A stretch of 64,000 nt of DNA from an uncultured Gemmatimonadota bacterium (GTDB taxonomy: Bacteria; SM23-81; DAOVCL01). The stretch covers positions 1 to 64,000 of the forward strand of contig CAZVGK010000002.1 of the NCBI GenBank assembly GCA_964626665.1, written 5' to 3'. Below, piece after piece: positions 19,298 to 28,400 of this stretch. The notes below the pieces were generated by a model that saw only the letters and a list, made by a program, of their open reading frames with translations, was not told where the DNA came from and did no database searches. Both the position numbers and the translations under genes were made by a program. Position 1 is the first letter of the stretch. Every line of letters starts with the position of its first letter.

Positions 19298-21507
19298 AAC
19301 CCTACCACACAGCTCAAGAGGATCTTTTTGAGGAGTTGCAGAGGATAGATTTAATCCTCTTCTACTGGGTGCAGAAGAGCCGCTTGGAGCGACAAGAGCA
19401 GAAGAGGGATGAATTTCGCGGCCTCTACATCTCTGAGGAGGAGATAGACAGCCTGTTTACTCCCCAGGAGGAGCTGGACAGAACGAAAGAGCACTTCTCT
19501 TTGGAGGCGATTGAGGAGGCCATCAGGGGGAAAACCGAAAAGAACCAATTGAAGAAGGCTAAGTCCCAAGAGAGGGGCATCTCATTCCCCCTCGATAGGC
19601 TGGCCCAGGCTTTTGTTTTAGATGGCTTTGATCGAGAGGTTCTCCTCCTCTCCCTGGCTCCAGAGTTGCACCTCAAATACGAGAAGATCTACGCCTATCT
19701 TCAGGACAATGTTACCAAGAAGAGACCCACAGTTGACCTCCTGCTCACGCTTTTGTGCTCAGATGTCTGGGAGAAAGTGGGACAACGCCCTCGCTTTTCT
19801 CATTCTGCCCCCTTGGTGGCCAATCAGATTTTGCAGCTTTACGATGAGCCGGGAACCCTCCATTCGCCCCTCTTGGCCAAGTGGGTAAAAGTAGATGAGG
19901 GAATTATCGATTTCCTTTTGGGGGAGGATACGACCGACTCCAGATTAATTCCCTTTGCCCAATGGGTTCATCCTCAGAGGACGATCGATTCGTTATCGTT
20001 AGAAAAATCGGTACGGGAGCGCTTATCAGATCTGGGGGCACTTATTGCGGATGGGGGCAATCTCAGTTCAGGGGGGCTCTTTCTCTATTTTAGCGGGCCC
20101 CCTGGTGTGGGGAAGAGGCTTGCCGCTGAGGCCTTATCCCGCCAAGCTGGGTGTAGCCTGCTCACGGTTGATGGCTCGGGGCTTGTTGGCTCCGAAACCC
20201 ATCCCATTCCCACCATAAACCTCATCTTGCGAGAAGCAAAGCTAAAAAATGCGATTGTATATTGGGCCAATGTGGATGAGCTCTTTGGTCATGGGGAGAG
20301 GATGCAGGTTTGGCAAAGGGCTATCTTCGATGGGGTAAGGTCATTTTCTGGGGTTTCGATCTTTGGCGGGGGGATGGCTCATCCGGAATTCCCCCTCGCT
20401 GGGCGACCGGCTATCCGGATGGAATTTCCTCCCCCTTCCTATGAGCTGCGTAAGGGCCTTTGGCGGGAACACCTCCAAGATGTGGGCATAGAACTGAAGT
20501 CGGAGGATCTCTCCAACTTGGCTAACCGTTTTAGGTTAACTGGGGGGGAGATCCAAGAGATCGTTTCCACTACCCTGGCCAACAGGCTTCATAGGCAGGG
20601 GGTTGAAGCCATTCCCGCAGGGGAAATCCTCGATAAATGCCGTGCCCATAGCCGACAAAGACTGATGGAGCTGGCCGTTAAAGTAAACCCCACGCGTTCC
20701 TGGGAGGATATCGTTTTGCCTCAGGATCAGATGGAAAGCTTGCACGAGATTTGCCATTATGTGAAGCACCAACATCTCGTGTTGGAGGGATGGGGTTTTG
20801 GAAGGAAATTGGTCTTGAGCAAAGGGTTAAATATCCTCTTCGCCGGCCCTTCGGGCACAGGGAAGACGATGGCTGCCGAGGTTCTAGCCGGGGAGTTGGG
20901 GCTTGACCTTTATCGGATTGACCTGGCCACTATTGTGAGCAAGTACATCGGGGAGACGGAGAAGAACTTGAATCGCATCTTCCAAGAGGCGGAACATTCC
21001 AACGCTATCCTCTTCTTCGATGAGGCGGATGCCATCTTCGGAAAAAGATCCGAGGTGCGGGATTCCCATGACCGCTATGCCAACATCGAGATAAGCTATC
21101 TCCTGCAGAAGATGGAGGCCTACGATGGGATCGCCATTCTGGCCACAAACCTGCGAAAAAATTTGGATCAGGCATTTCTGCGCAGGATGCATTTCACGGT
21201 GGAGTTTCCTCTGCCTGAGGAGGAGGACAGGCTGAGGATATGGCAGCTTTGTTTCCCCCCCACAGCTCCTTTGGGAAAGGATGTGGATCTCAGATTTTTG
21301 GCCCAACAGTTTAAGATTCCTGGGGGTAATATCAAGAACATCGCTGTGGCTTCCGCCTTCCATGCCGCCCAGAATGGGGGCAAGATAGGTATGACCAACC
21401 TGATCCATGCTACCAAGAGGGAGTTTCAAAAGATGGGTAAGCTGATCGTGGAATCGGATTTCCAACCGTTCAGATGTTTGCCCATTTCTGAGGGAAAGGT
21501 TTCATAG
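19294..21507 (+). CDS. eCIS AAA+ ATPase (Afp15/Pvc15-like)
   Basis: LAPEL...YEKIYAYLQD.VT..RPTVDL; GPPGVGK; WEDIVLP; GPSGTGKTMAAEVLA; SKYIGETEKNL; LFFDEADAIFGKRSEV.DSHDRYAN. Confidence 0.92.
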   Translation: MKPYHTAQEDLFEELQRIDLILFYWVQKSRLERQEQKRDEFRGLYISEEEIDSLFTPQEELDRTKEHFSLEAIEEAIRGKTEKNQLKKAKSQERGISFPLDRLAQAFVLDGFDREVLLLSLAPELHLKYEKIYAYLQDNVTKKRPTVDLLLTLLCSDVWEKVGQRPRFSHSAPLVANQILQLYDEPGTLHSPLLAKWVKVDEGIIDFLLGEDTTDSRLIPFAQWVHPQRTIDSLSLEKSVRERLSDLGALIADGGNLSSGGLFLYFSGPPGVGKRLAAEALSRQAGCSLLTVDGSGLVGSETHPIPTINLILREAKLKNAIVYWANVDELFGHGERMQVWQRAIFDGVRSFSGVSIFGGGMAHPEFPLAGRPAIRMEFPPPSYELRKGLWREHLQDVGIELKSEDLSNLANRFRLTGGEIQEIVSTTLANRLHRQGVEAIPAGEILDKCRAHSRQRLMELAVKVNPTRSWEDIVLPQDQMESLHEICHYVKHQHLVLEGWGFGRKLVLSKGLNILFAGPSGTGKTMAAEVLAGELGLDLYRIDLATIVSKYIGETEKNLNRIFQEAEHSNAILFFDEADAIFGKRSEVRDSHDRYANIEISYLLQKMEAYDGIAILATNLRKNLDQAFLRRMHFTVEFPLPEEEDRLRIWQLCFPPTAPLGKDVDLRFLAQQFKIPGGNIKNIAVASAFHAAQNGGKIGMTNLIHATKREFQKMGKLIVESDFQPFRCLPISEGKVS

Positions 21508-21674
21508 AATATTGACTGGATGAGCGGACCAGGGTATCAGAAGGGTGGATACCAGGGGATCAGGAAAAGCAACGGGGTTCAAAGGTTGAAAGCTGGGAAT
21601 CAAAGAGGATTATCTACAGGTCCGCATATGGTCTGATGTTACCAGCACAATGGCTGGACAAACAAGGAGGGAGA

Positions 21675-22559
21675 ATGAGGGTTCTGTTCGTTGTAATGGC
21701 CACTACATTGGCTGTTGTCGTGGCCTCGTCCGTCTTCGCCGGGCCCTGGGCGTTGTCCGTTGACGCCAACCTTACCTTGACGCAGAATGCCTACAGCGAT
21801 AACTGGGCCGGGGGAGAGGCAGGTGCCCTCTCCTGGACATTCAACTCCAACTCTCTCGCCGAGAAACAGCTCCATCCCAAGTTGCATACAAAGAACACCC
21901 TTAAGCTTTTCTTTGGCCAGACCCATAGCCAGGATAGGGAGACCAAAATCTGGGCCAAACCGGTGAAATCGAGCGATCTTGTCGATTTTGAAACCGTGTG
22001 GAGGTTTACTCTGGGAGGGTTTGTGGACCCCTTTGGTTCCGGACGTGTGGAGACCCAGTTTCTCGATGCCAGTGATCCGGCAAAGGAGCGGATGTTCAAT
22101 CCCGTTACCTTCACGGAGAGCTTCGGCGTAGCTAAGGTTCTCATCAAGCAGGAGAAGCGGGAATGGACAACCCGTCTGGGTGGGGGATTAAGGCAACACC
22201 TGAACAAGGAGGTGCTGGATATCCTCACCAACAAGCGGCAAACGGTGACGAGCAATGACGGTGGCCTTTTATTTGTCAGCGATTTCCACACCCCAATGGC
22301 CAGGGAGCGGATTACCTTTACCAGTAAGCTGAGCCTCTTTCAGGCGCTTTTCTACTCGGAAGCAGACAAACTCAAGGGACAGGTCAATGAGGATTACTGG
22401 AAATCACTCGATGTTAACTGGGAGAATACCTTTACGGCAAGCATTAGCAAATTCCTGATGGTGAACCTCTACGTCCAGCTTCTCTATGACAGGGAGATTG
22501 CCCGGGGAGGGCGCTTTAAGCAAACCCTCTCCCTGGGGCTGACCTATAAGCTTATCTGA
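21675..22559 (+). CDS. DUF3078-like outer-membrane beta-barrel protein
   Basis: Signal peptide; LTQNAYSDNWAGG, WEN.F...ISKFL.VNL...LLYD, KQTLSLGLTY; RBS AGGAGG before ATG 21675. Confidence 0.75.
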   Translation: MRVLFVVMATTLAVVVASSVFAGPWALSVDANLTLTQNAYSDNWAGGEAGALSWTFNSNSLAEKQLHPKLHTKNTLKLFFGQTHSQDRETKIWAKPVKSSDLVDFETVWRFTLGGFVDPFGSGRVETQFLDASDPAKERMFNPVTFTESFGVAKVLIKQEKREWTTRLGGGLRQHLNKEVLDILTNKRQTVTSNDGGLLFVSDFHTPMARERITFTSKLSLFQALFYSEADKLKGQVNEDYWKSLDVNWENTFTASISKFLMVNLYVQLLYDREIARGGRFKQTLSLGLTYKLI

Positions 22560-22567
22560 GGGGAATT

Positions 22568-23377
22568 ATGGATACCATTATCACCAAACTGCAGGAATTG
22601 GTAACCTTATACGGACTCAAAGTCGTGGCGGCAGTCGTTATCTTTATTGTTGGCCGCTGGATTGCCAAATGGGCTCGAAAGTTGGTTGGAAAGCTGCTGG
22701 CCAAGAAGAAATTAGACCCTACTCTGGTCTCCTTTCTGGGCAGCTTAATCTATATTGCCTTGCTGACATTTGTCGTTATAGCAGCGATTGCCCAGCTGGG
22801 GATTCAGACCACCTCCTTCATAGCCGTCATCGGGGCTGCCGGCCTGGCCATCGGTTTCGCTCTGCAGGGTTCATTGGCTAATTTTGCCGCAGGTTTTCTG
22901 ATGATCGTCTTCCGCCCGTTCAAGGTGGGGCACTACATTGGGGCTGGAGGGGCTGCGGGCACTGTGGAGGAGATGGGGGTCTTCACCACTCAACTGAAGA
23001 CCCCGGACAACAAGACCGTTATTATCCCCAATGCTAAGCTGATGGGGGACAACATCGTAAATTATTCTGCCAAGGAAACCCGCAGGGTAGATCTGGTGGT
23101 GGGGGTAGGCTATTCAGATGATTTGCAGAAGGTAAAGAAGGTGCTGCAAGCCATCCTGGCAGAAGATAGCCGTATCCTCAAGGACCCTGCTCCCATGGTT
23201 GCCGTCAAGGAATTGGCTGACAGCAGCGTGAATTTCGCGGTGCGGGGGTGGGTGAAAACTGAGGACTACTGGGATGTCTATTTCGCCACCACAGAGGGGG
23301 TGAAGAACCGCTTCGATGCTGAGGGTATCTCCATTCCCTTCCCCCAGCACGATGTCCATCTCTACGAGCAGAAGTGA
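22568..23377 (+). CDS. mscS: Small-conductance mechanosensitive channel
   Basis: GAAGLAIGFALQGSLANFAAG, RPFKVG, IIPN, GISIPFPQ. Confidence 0.93.
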   Translation: MDTIITKLQELVTLYGLKVVAAVVIFIVGRWIAKWARKLVGKLLAKKKLDPTLVSFLGSLIYIALLTFVVIAAIAQLGIQTTSFIAVIGAAGLAIGFALQGSLANFAAGFLMIVFRPFKVGHYIGAGGAAGTVEEMGVFTTQLKTPDNKTVIIPNAKLMGDNIVNYSAKETRRVDLVVGVGYSDDLQKVKKVLQAILAEDSRILKDPAPMVAVKELADSSVNFAVRGWVKTEDYWDVYFATTEGVKNRFDAEGISIPFPQHDVHLYEQK

Positions 23378-23419
23378 TAGCTATGAAAAGAAGCTTTAGC
23401 CCAAAAGGAGTTCTTTGCT

Positions 23420-24307
23420 ATGGGTAATCAGCAGAAAAAGTTGAACGTCGAAAGAAGCGGTGAATTGGAGGAAACCAAGGTCAAGGCTAAGCGCCGAAAG
23501 CCAGAAGGGGAGAAGTCCAAGGCTCAAGGGATAGAGTATGCCTTAGGGGCCAGGCAAACTGTCCACTCACTGGAGGGATATGCTGGCCTTTTAGGTAATG
23601 AAAGGCTTTCGGACCTTACCAATCCGATGCGCGCGGCGGTTGATCCGTCGGCTGCCCTCCAGCAGGCGGAGGTTGCTCCCTCACCTGCCGTAAGCCCCAC
23701 TGACATCCTCTCCCTGCAGCGGACAGTAGGCAATCGTAGTACTGCGCAATTGTTAGAGTCAAGATCGCTGCAACCGGCAATTGCCCAGGTGGTCCAGATG
23801 GCACGCAGCAGGTCTGCAGGCCAGGAGCGTGGACTGCTTGGAAAATTCGGGGACAAATTGAAAGAGTGGAATGACAAATTCAAAGAGAAGCATCCAATAC
23901 TTGATGCAATAGGCATCGGGGGGCTGATAAGTGTAATCGGCTTCATAATAGGCGCGATTATCGCGGGGACAACAGCGGCTACTGCCTCAGGCGTCTTGGC
24001 GGTCATTGCAGGGATATTGGGAATTATGGTTGTCGTGTTAGGAATTGTGGCTGGCATCTGGTGGATCGTGAAGAAGATCGAAGAGCACGCCAGAGAGAAA
24101 GCCACAGAAGAAAGGGAAGAAGCTCAAGAACAAGAAACAAAGAAACTGGAGGAGAAGACGGCGAAACTCGAACGAGAACAGGAGAAGATCAGGAATCTGC
24201 TGAAGAGACACGGGATTGAGCCCCCTAAGCCCCCCCCAAAGCCTCCCCATCTCAGGCCAGTACCTACGAAACCTTTACCGCAGCCGCCGGGAGGGTCCAG
24301 TGTTTGA
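23420..24307 (+). CDS. Putative CIS cargo: shared leader + hydrophobic hairpin + coiled coil + Pro-rich tail
   Basis: LQRTVGNRSTAQLL motif; ~55-aa Gly/Ala/Ile hydrophobic segment; N-terminus paralogous to 24549. Confidence 0.65.
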   Translation: MGNQQKKLNVERSGELEETKVKAKRRKPEGEKSKAQGIEYALGARQTVHSLEGYAGLLGNERLSDLTNPMRAAVDPSAALQQAEVAPSPAVSPTDILSLQRTVGNRSTAQLLESRSLQPAIAQVVQMARSRSAGQERGLLGKFGDKLKEWNDKFKEKHPILDAIGIGGLISVIGFIIGAIIAGTTAATASGVLAVIAGILGIMVVVLGIVAGIWWIVKKIEEHAREKATEEREEAQEQETKKLEEKTAKLEREQEKIRNLLKRHGIEPPKPPPKPPHLRPVPTKPLPQPPGGSSV

Positions 24308-24333
24308 TCACTCCCTGAGCATTGCGATGACAG

Positions 24334-24497
24334 AACGTTTCGGAATTTCTAAGAAATTCCGAAATATCGGGGGATGTTTGAAGGGGGCATACCCTCTTCA
24401 AGGGTGACCGCGAAGAAATCCGAGCAGGCGCAAAATTGTGGAGGGCCGGTAGGCCCTATGGAATGGAGAAGTTAGCGACCGAAGGGAGCTAAGTTCA
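24334..24497 (+). repeat. ~165-bp structured intergenic repeat, copy 1 (others 40178-40345, 60025-60190)
   Basis: TTTCGGAATTTCTAAGAAATTCCGAAA hairpin, TTGAAGGGGG..CCCCTTCAA-type hairpin, shared end GTTAGCGACCGAAGGGAGCTAAGTTC. Confidence 0.85.
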
Positions 24498-24548
24498 TAT
24501 TATAGGATTTTCCATTTTTTAGCTAACGAGGTCAAGGGAGGTAGAGTC

Positions 24549-25427
24549 ATGGGCGATCAGAAAATAAGACTGAGCGTCGAAAACGATGCTGAGTGGGAAG
24601 AAGCCAAAGCAAAGGTCAACCGCCGCAAGCCTAAGGTGGAGAAACTGAAAGCTCAAGACGTGGGAAAAGCCGTAGCTTCCTCTCGAACTGCCTCATCATC
24701 GGAAGGAGAAGCTGCTCTCTTAGGTGATAAAAGGCTTTGGGACCCAGCCAATCGGGGAAACTTGGCAAATGCGATGGTTGCCCTCCAAAAACAGCGGGGC
24801 AATGCCTATGTGCAGAAGGTCGTGGAGCGACTCCAGGCCTCCTCCGAAAGCGAAGCAGAAGAGGAGTCCTTAGAAGGAACGGTACAGGGCCTTCAGCAAC
24901 AGAAAGGCTCGGGCCATCCCATAGAAGGTGAGACTCAGAAGGAGATGGAACAATCTCTGGGATATGACCTTGGCCAGGTGCGACTCCACACTGACGGGGT
25001 AGCTCACAAGGCAGCAGAGGATCTTGGTGCTAAGGCATTCACTATGGGCACGGACATTTTTTTCAACCAGAAAGACGGTGGGAATTTATCCTCGTCTGAG
25101 GGCAAGGGGCTTTTGGCGCACGAGCTGACCCATGTGGTGCAACAGAGCCAGGGTAACCTCTCCCTTCCCGGTGACAAGGTGAAGATGGGACAGCCCGGGG
25201 ATGCCTACGAAACAGAGGCTGATAAGGTAGCAGAGATCGTCTCGAGGGGAGCTCCTCTCCAACGACAGCCTGAGGAGGAAGAGGAGGAATTGTTGCAGGG
25301 CAGATTAGAAACGAATGCTCTGCAACAACAGGTTGAGGAGGAAGAGGAAGAAGAGGAGGAGGAAATTCAGGCCAAGATAGATGAAGAGACAGTTCAAAAA
25401 CAGGGCGAAGAGGAGGGGGAGACATAG
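24549..25427 (+). CDS. DUF4157 (eCIS core) protein with leader and acidic tail
   Basis: LQKQRGNAYVQ; G.G.PI....QKEMEQSLGYDL.QVRLHTD; AKAFT.G.DIFF; LLAHELTHVVQQ; D.YE.EAD; QRQ.EEEEE. Confidence 0.9.
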   Translation: MGDQKIRLSVENDAEWEEAKAKVNRRKPKVEKLKAQDVGKAVASSRTASSSEGEAALLGDKRLWDPANRGNLANAMVALQKQRGNAYVQKVVERLQASSESEAEEESLEGTVQGLQQQKGSGHPIEGETQKEMEQSLGYDLGQVRLHTDGVAHKAAEDLGAKAFTMGTDIFFNQKDGGNLSSSEGKGLLAHELTHVVQQSQGNLSLPGDKVKMGQPGDAYETEADKVAEIVSRGAPLQRQPEEEEEELLQGRLETNALQQQVEEEEEEEEEEIQAKIDEETVQKQGEEEGET

Positions 25428-25474
25428 TTTAGTTTTGAATGAAGTGAGTAGCTTCTTGTCAAAAGGAGTATGGT

Positions 25475-26398
25475 GTGCACCGAGCCAAGAAAGTACCCAA
25501 AATCTTAGATGAACCTAAAAGGAAGCGCATTCTCCGTAAGCCGGCAAAAAGGGATCCTGGCATCCAAATGCCTTTGCAGAAGTTGAGATACCCTGCAGAG
25601 GGTAGTGTACAACTTATGGAGGGGAACCATGCGACGTTATTGACTGACGAGCGACTATCGCAGTTAACTGATGCAGGACAAAAGGCTCGCCTGCTGAATC
25701 ATCTACAGCGACATCACGGGAATGCCTATGTTCAGAGGATTATTGGCCAGGTTCAGGGCACGAGGGACGAAGAGCTTAACGAGGGGAAGTTTAATGCTAA
25801 ATCCAGCAACGAGACAACCCTTGGGATAAAGCGGGGCAGCGTACCTGTTCAGAGACAGGCCGTTGAGACTGAGGAGACTTCAATTGCTGAGCCCAAAGAG
25901 GGGGCAATAGCGCAATTGAAGAATGCTGTAGAGAAGTTAAGAACCAGTCTGGAACGAGAACATATTAAGGGGCTCTTGCGCCAGGCGGCAACGTGTCAAG
26001 CACTCGGCGCGGATGTGGCGGCGAAAGAGGCATTGGACCAGGCAGCAGAGATAGCTTTAGCAACGCTGAAGAGGAAGACTGCCGACTTCGATGTGAAGTT
26101 CGCCAAAAGGGAGATGGTAACGGAGTTGCTCAATGCAGCCGCAGATGTTCTAAAACTGGGTGGGGACGAGAAGGCTGTGGAATCGGCGATGAAGAAAGCA
26201 TTGGATTGGGCCAAGGCCCAGTTAGACCTGGCTGTTGAGAAGTTGAAAACGACTCCCACGGAGGCAACTGCTAAACAAGTACTCGTGAAGGCTGGGCGGG
26301 TGATGTTGCTTGGGGGCGATGCGACCAAAGCGGTGGATTTGGTTATGGCGTGGAAAGAGGAGTCAGGCAAGGCGGCCGAGTCAGCCGCAGCAGGATAG
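25475..26398 (+). CDS. Putative CIS cargo: shared leader + all-helical repeat domain
   Basis: LLTDERLSQ...LQRHHGNAYVQR, VQRQ; three LL..AA....LGGD-like repeats; GTG start after AAGGAG. Confidence 0.65.
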   Translation: MHRAKKVPKILDEPKRKRILRKPAKRDPGIQMPLQKLRYPAEGSVQLMEGNHATLLTDERLSQLTDAGQKARLLNHLQRHHGNAYVQRIIGQVQGTRDEELNEGKFNAKSSNETTLGIKRGSVPVQRQAVETEETSIAEPKEGAIAQLKNAVEKLRTSLEREHIKGLLRQAATCQALGADVAAKEALDQAAEIALATLKRKTADFDVKFAKREMVTELLNAAADVLKLGGDEKAVESAMKKALDWAKAQLDLAVEKLKTTPTEATAKQVLVKAGRVMLLGGDATKAVDLVMAWKEESGKAAESAAAG

Positions 26399-26529
26399 CC
26401 AATTGGCAATCAACTGAGACTTGGCACGTCGGGAAATAGGTTTGGGTTGGAAAGCAAGGGTTCAACCACAGGAAAGGAAACGAATACATACGTCGTTGAT
26501 GTAAGCAGTTGCTTGAAAAGGAGAATGTT

Positions 26530-26601
26530 GTGCAGCAAACTAAGAAAGCACCTGCGATTTCGGACGAAACGAAAAGGAAGTATACCTCCGTAATCCGGTA
26601 A
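26530..26601 (+). pseudogene. Truncated paralogue of the 25475 leader
   Basis: AAAAGGAG..TG.TGTG context and MQQTKKAPAISDETKRK aligns with MHRAKKVPKILDEPKRK at protein and DNA level. Confidence 0.7.
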
Positions 26602-26627
26602 GAACGGATGGTGAAGGAATGAAAACT

Positions 26628-26725
26628 GGGTCAGGTCTCAACATTTGACATTTAAATGATTTTCATGATAGGTTCTAAACATGGGAAGACTTTTAAGGCT
26701 ATCTTTTGAAAATGCTGTTTATCAG
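26628..26725 (+). pseudogene. 5' remnant of a Y1/HUH (IS200/RAYT-like) transposase with its left end
   Basis: GGGTCAGGTCTCAACATTTGACATT followed by ATG 26681 MGRLLRLSFENAVYQ, resembling MARPLRI.F.NAVYH starts. Confidence 0.5.
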
Positions 26726-26779
26726 GGAAAAGTGATATTTGCTGTGGATGTTAACTTCCACAGTGAGCATTAATGAAAC

Positions 26780-27601
26780 ATGAGAGAGAATACTTCTCAA
26801 TTAGATAAGGACAAAAGGGTATTCCAAGAAGAGATGAAAGAACCAAAACCAAACCCCTGCATCGCCTGTCCGGGGCACTGTTGTTCCCGGAACCTGATCA
26901 ATGTGTGCGGCTACGATGCCTGGGTGATCGCTCGGGAGCTGAGCGTCAAGCCCACGGATTTCCTTGCCTTTGCCCAACTGCAGGAGGAGGAGACGCCATA
27001 CAACTTCCAACTGGATGGATCGGGAAAGTCATACTATTTGGTGCTCAATATGAATGAGCAGCGAGATGGCTCACGGCGTTGTATGTTTGGCATAGACCTG
27101 CCCAGGCATCAGCTTCGCTGTGGGATCTATAATCTCCGTCCCATTGCCTGCCGGGCCTATCCCTTTGTTCTGGAGGGGGGAGAGGCAGCCATCAAGCCCT
27201 GGGCTCTCTGCCCGCAGGGGGCGTGGAACCTAAATGATCTCGATCTTCCACCCTTGAGAGAGGAGTTGGGCAAGTTTCAGATGGAGTTCTGTATCTATGG
27301 TTTAGTCGTCGCCGGTTGGAATGAACGGGTGACCCAGCAGTCACCGAGTGAAAAACTCGATTTTCGCCCTTTTGTGAATTTTGTGATGGATGTATATGAG
27401 GGGCTTGAAGGAGCAAGGGAGAAAATTCCCTCAGCCAGCTGGCCGGACATCTGGAGCCGCTGGCGAGAGTCAATGGCCAGGGGGGTAAATCCACTGAGGT
27501 TTGCTGTGGATGATAACATCCACAGTGAGCAGGGGGGATCGAGCCCACCGCCAGCCTGGGAACAATGGTTGGAGGAGATACACGAGGTTGTGGAGAAATG
27601 A
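26780..27601 (+). CDS. YkgJ-family (CxxCxxCC) cysteine-cluster protein
   Basis: CIACPGHCC, C.F......CGIY..RPIACRAYPF. Confidence 0.85.
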   Translation: MRENTSQLDKDKRVFQEEMKEPKPNPCIACPGHCCSRNLINVCGYDAWVIARELSVKPTDFLAFAQLQEEETPYNFQLDGSGKSYYLVLNMNEQRDGSRRCMFGIDLPRHQLRCGIYNLRPIACRAYPFVLEGGEAAIKPWALCPQGAWNLNDLDLPPLREELGKFQMEFCIYGLVVAGWNERVTQQSPSEKLDFRPFVNFVMDVYEGLEGAREKIPSASWPDIWSRWRESMARGVNPLRFAVDDNIHSEQGGSSPPPAWEQWLEEIHEVVEK

Positions 27602-27669
27602 GCGAATCAGGGGATCAGAGGAGCAGTAGGAAGGACACCAGAGGATCAGAACATCAGGGAGAACCGATT

Positions 27670-27747
27670 GCTGGGTTTGGAAAGCTTTGGGTTTGGCAAA
27701 AGGCACATTAATTAATGCTTGAAGTTCACAAGGTCTGTCACTTCCCC
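27670..27747 (+). pseudogene. 5' remnant of a four-helix-bundle (Avd/IVP-like) gene
   Basis: Translates AGFGKLWVWQKAH*LMLEVHKVCHFP; compare SYQDLEVWQRAMDLVVLCYQMTRDFP of the intact gene at 43436. Confidence 0.65.
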
Positions 27748-27749
27748 CC

Positions 27750-28399
27750 TGCTCCTTGTGGATGTTATCATCCACAAGGGAGCAAGCGGAGATAAGACTA
27801 AAGGCCGAATTGGGCATCTTTGCTAAAAGGTTTCAGGACTTAGGGCTGTTGTTTATCACCAATACCGTCTTGAATTGGACCCGTATCTTTCACCTGAGGA
27901 GATATGCTGAGATTGTGATGGGTAGTCTTCGGTATTGTATTGAACATCAGTGGTTTGATCTGTTCGTTTATGTTCTAATGCCCAATCATATCCACCTAAT
28001 TTTGAGGGTAGGTGAAAATCACTCTATTGAACAGATACTCAGGGATTTTAATAAATATACGGCACAGCAGATCCTATTGACGATGCGGAAGACTGATCCT
28101 CAAATGCTCTCTAAGTTTTGGGTGGGCACGAAGAAACAGAAGTATAAGATCTGGTTGAGGGATGTAGATATCAAAAATGTTTTTACACCGAAGTTCTTGA
28201 ATCAGAAAGCGGAATACATTCATCAAAATCCATTAAAGGATGAGTGGAGGAATTTCCTAAGAATTGAGAGGTCGGAAGATTATGAATATTCCAGTGCCAG
28301 ATTCTACCTTCAAGGCATTGAGGATAAATACTTAAAGCTCAGTGATTTTCGTGAGTTGTTATAGATGGGCGCTGTGGATGATAACATCCACAGCGAGCG
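27750..28399 (+). mobile_element. RAYT-type element bounded by inverted REP palindromes
   Basis: TGCTCCTTGTGGATGTTATCATCCACAAG at left; GCTGTGGATGATAACATCCACAGCGAGCG at right. Confidence 0.8.
27810..28364 (+). CDS. REP-associated tyrosine transposase (RAYT, Y1 HUH)
   Basis: FIT.TV..W..IF, YVLMPNHIHLI (HUH), RDF.KYT, QK.EYIHQNP, Y.YSSARFY; TTG start inferred from ATG of the paralogue. Confidence 0.88.
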   Translation: MGIFAKRFQDLGLLFITNTVLNWTRIFHLRRYAEIVMGSLRYCIEHQWFDLFVYVLMPNHIHLILRVGENHSIEQILRDFNKYTAQQILLTMRKTDPQMLSKFWVGTKKQKYKIWLRDVDIKNVFTPKFLNQKAEYIHQNPLKDEWRNFLRIERSEDYEYSSARFYLQGIEDKYLKLSDFRELL

Positions 28400-28400
28400 G

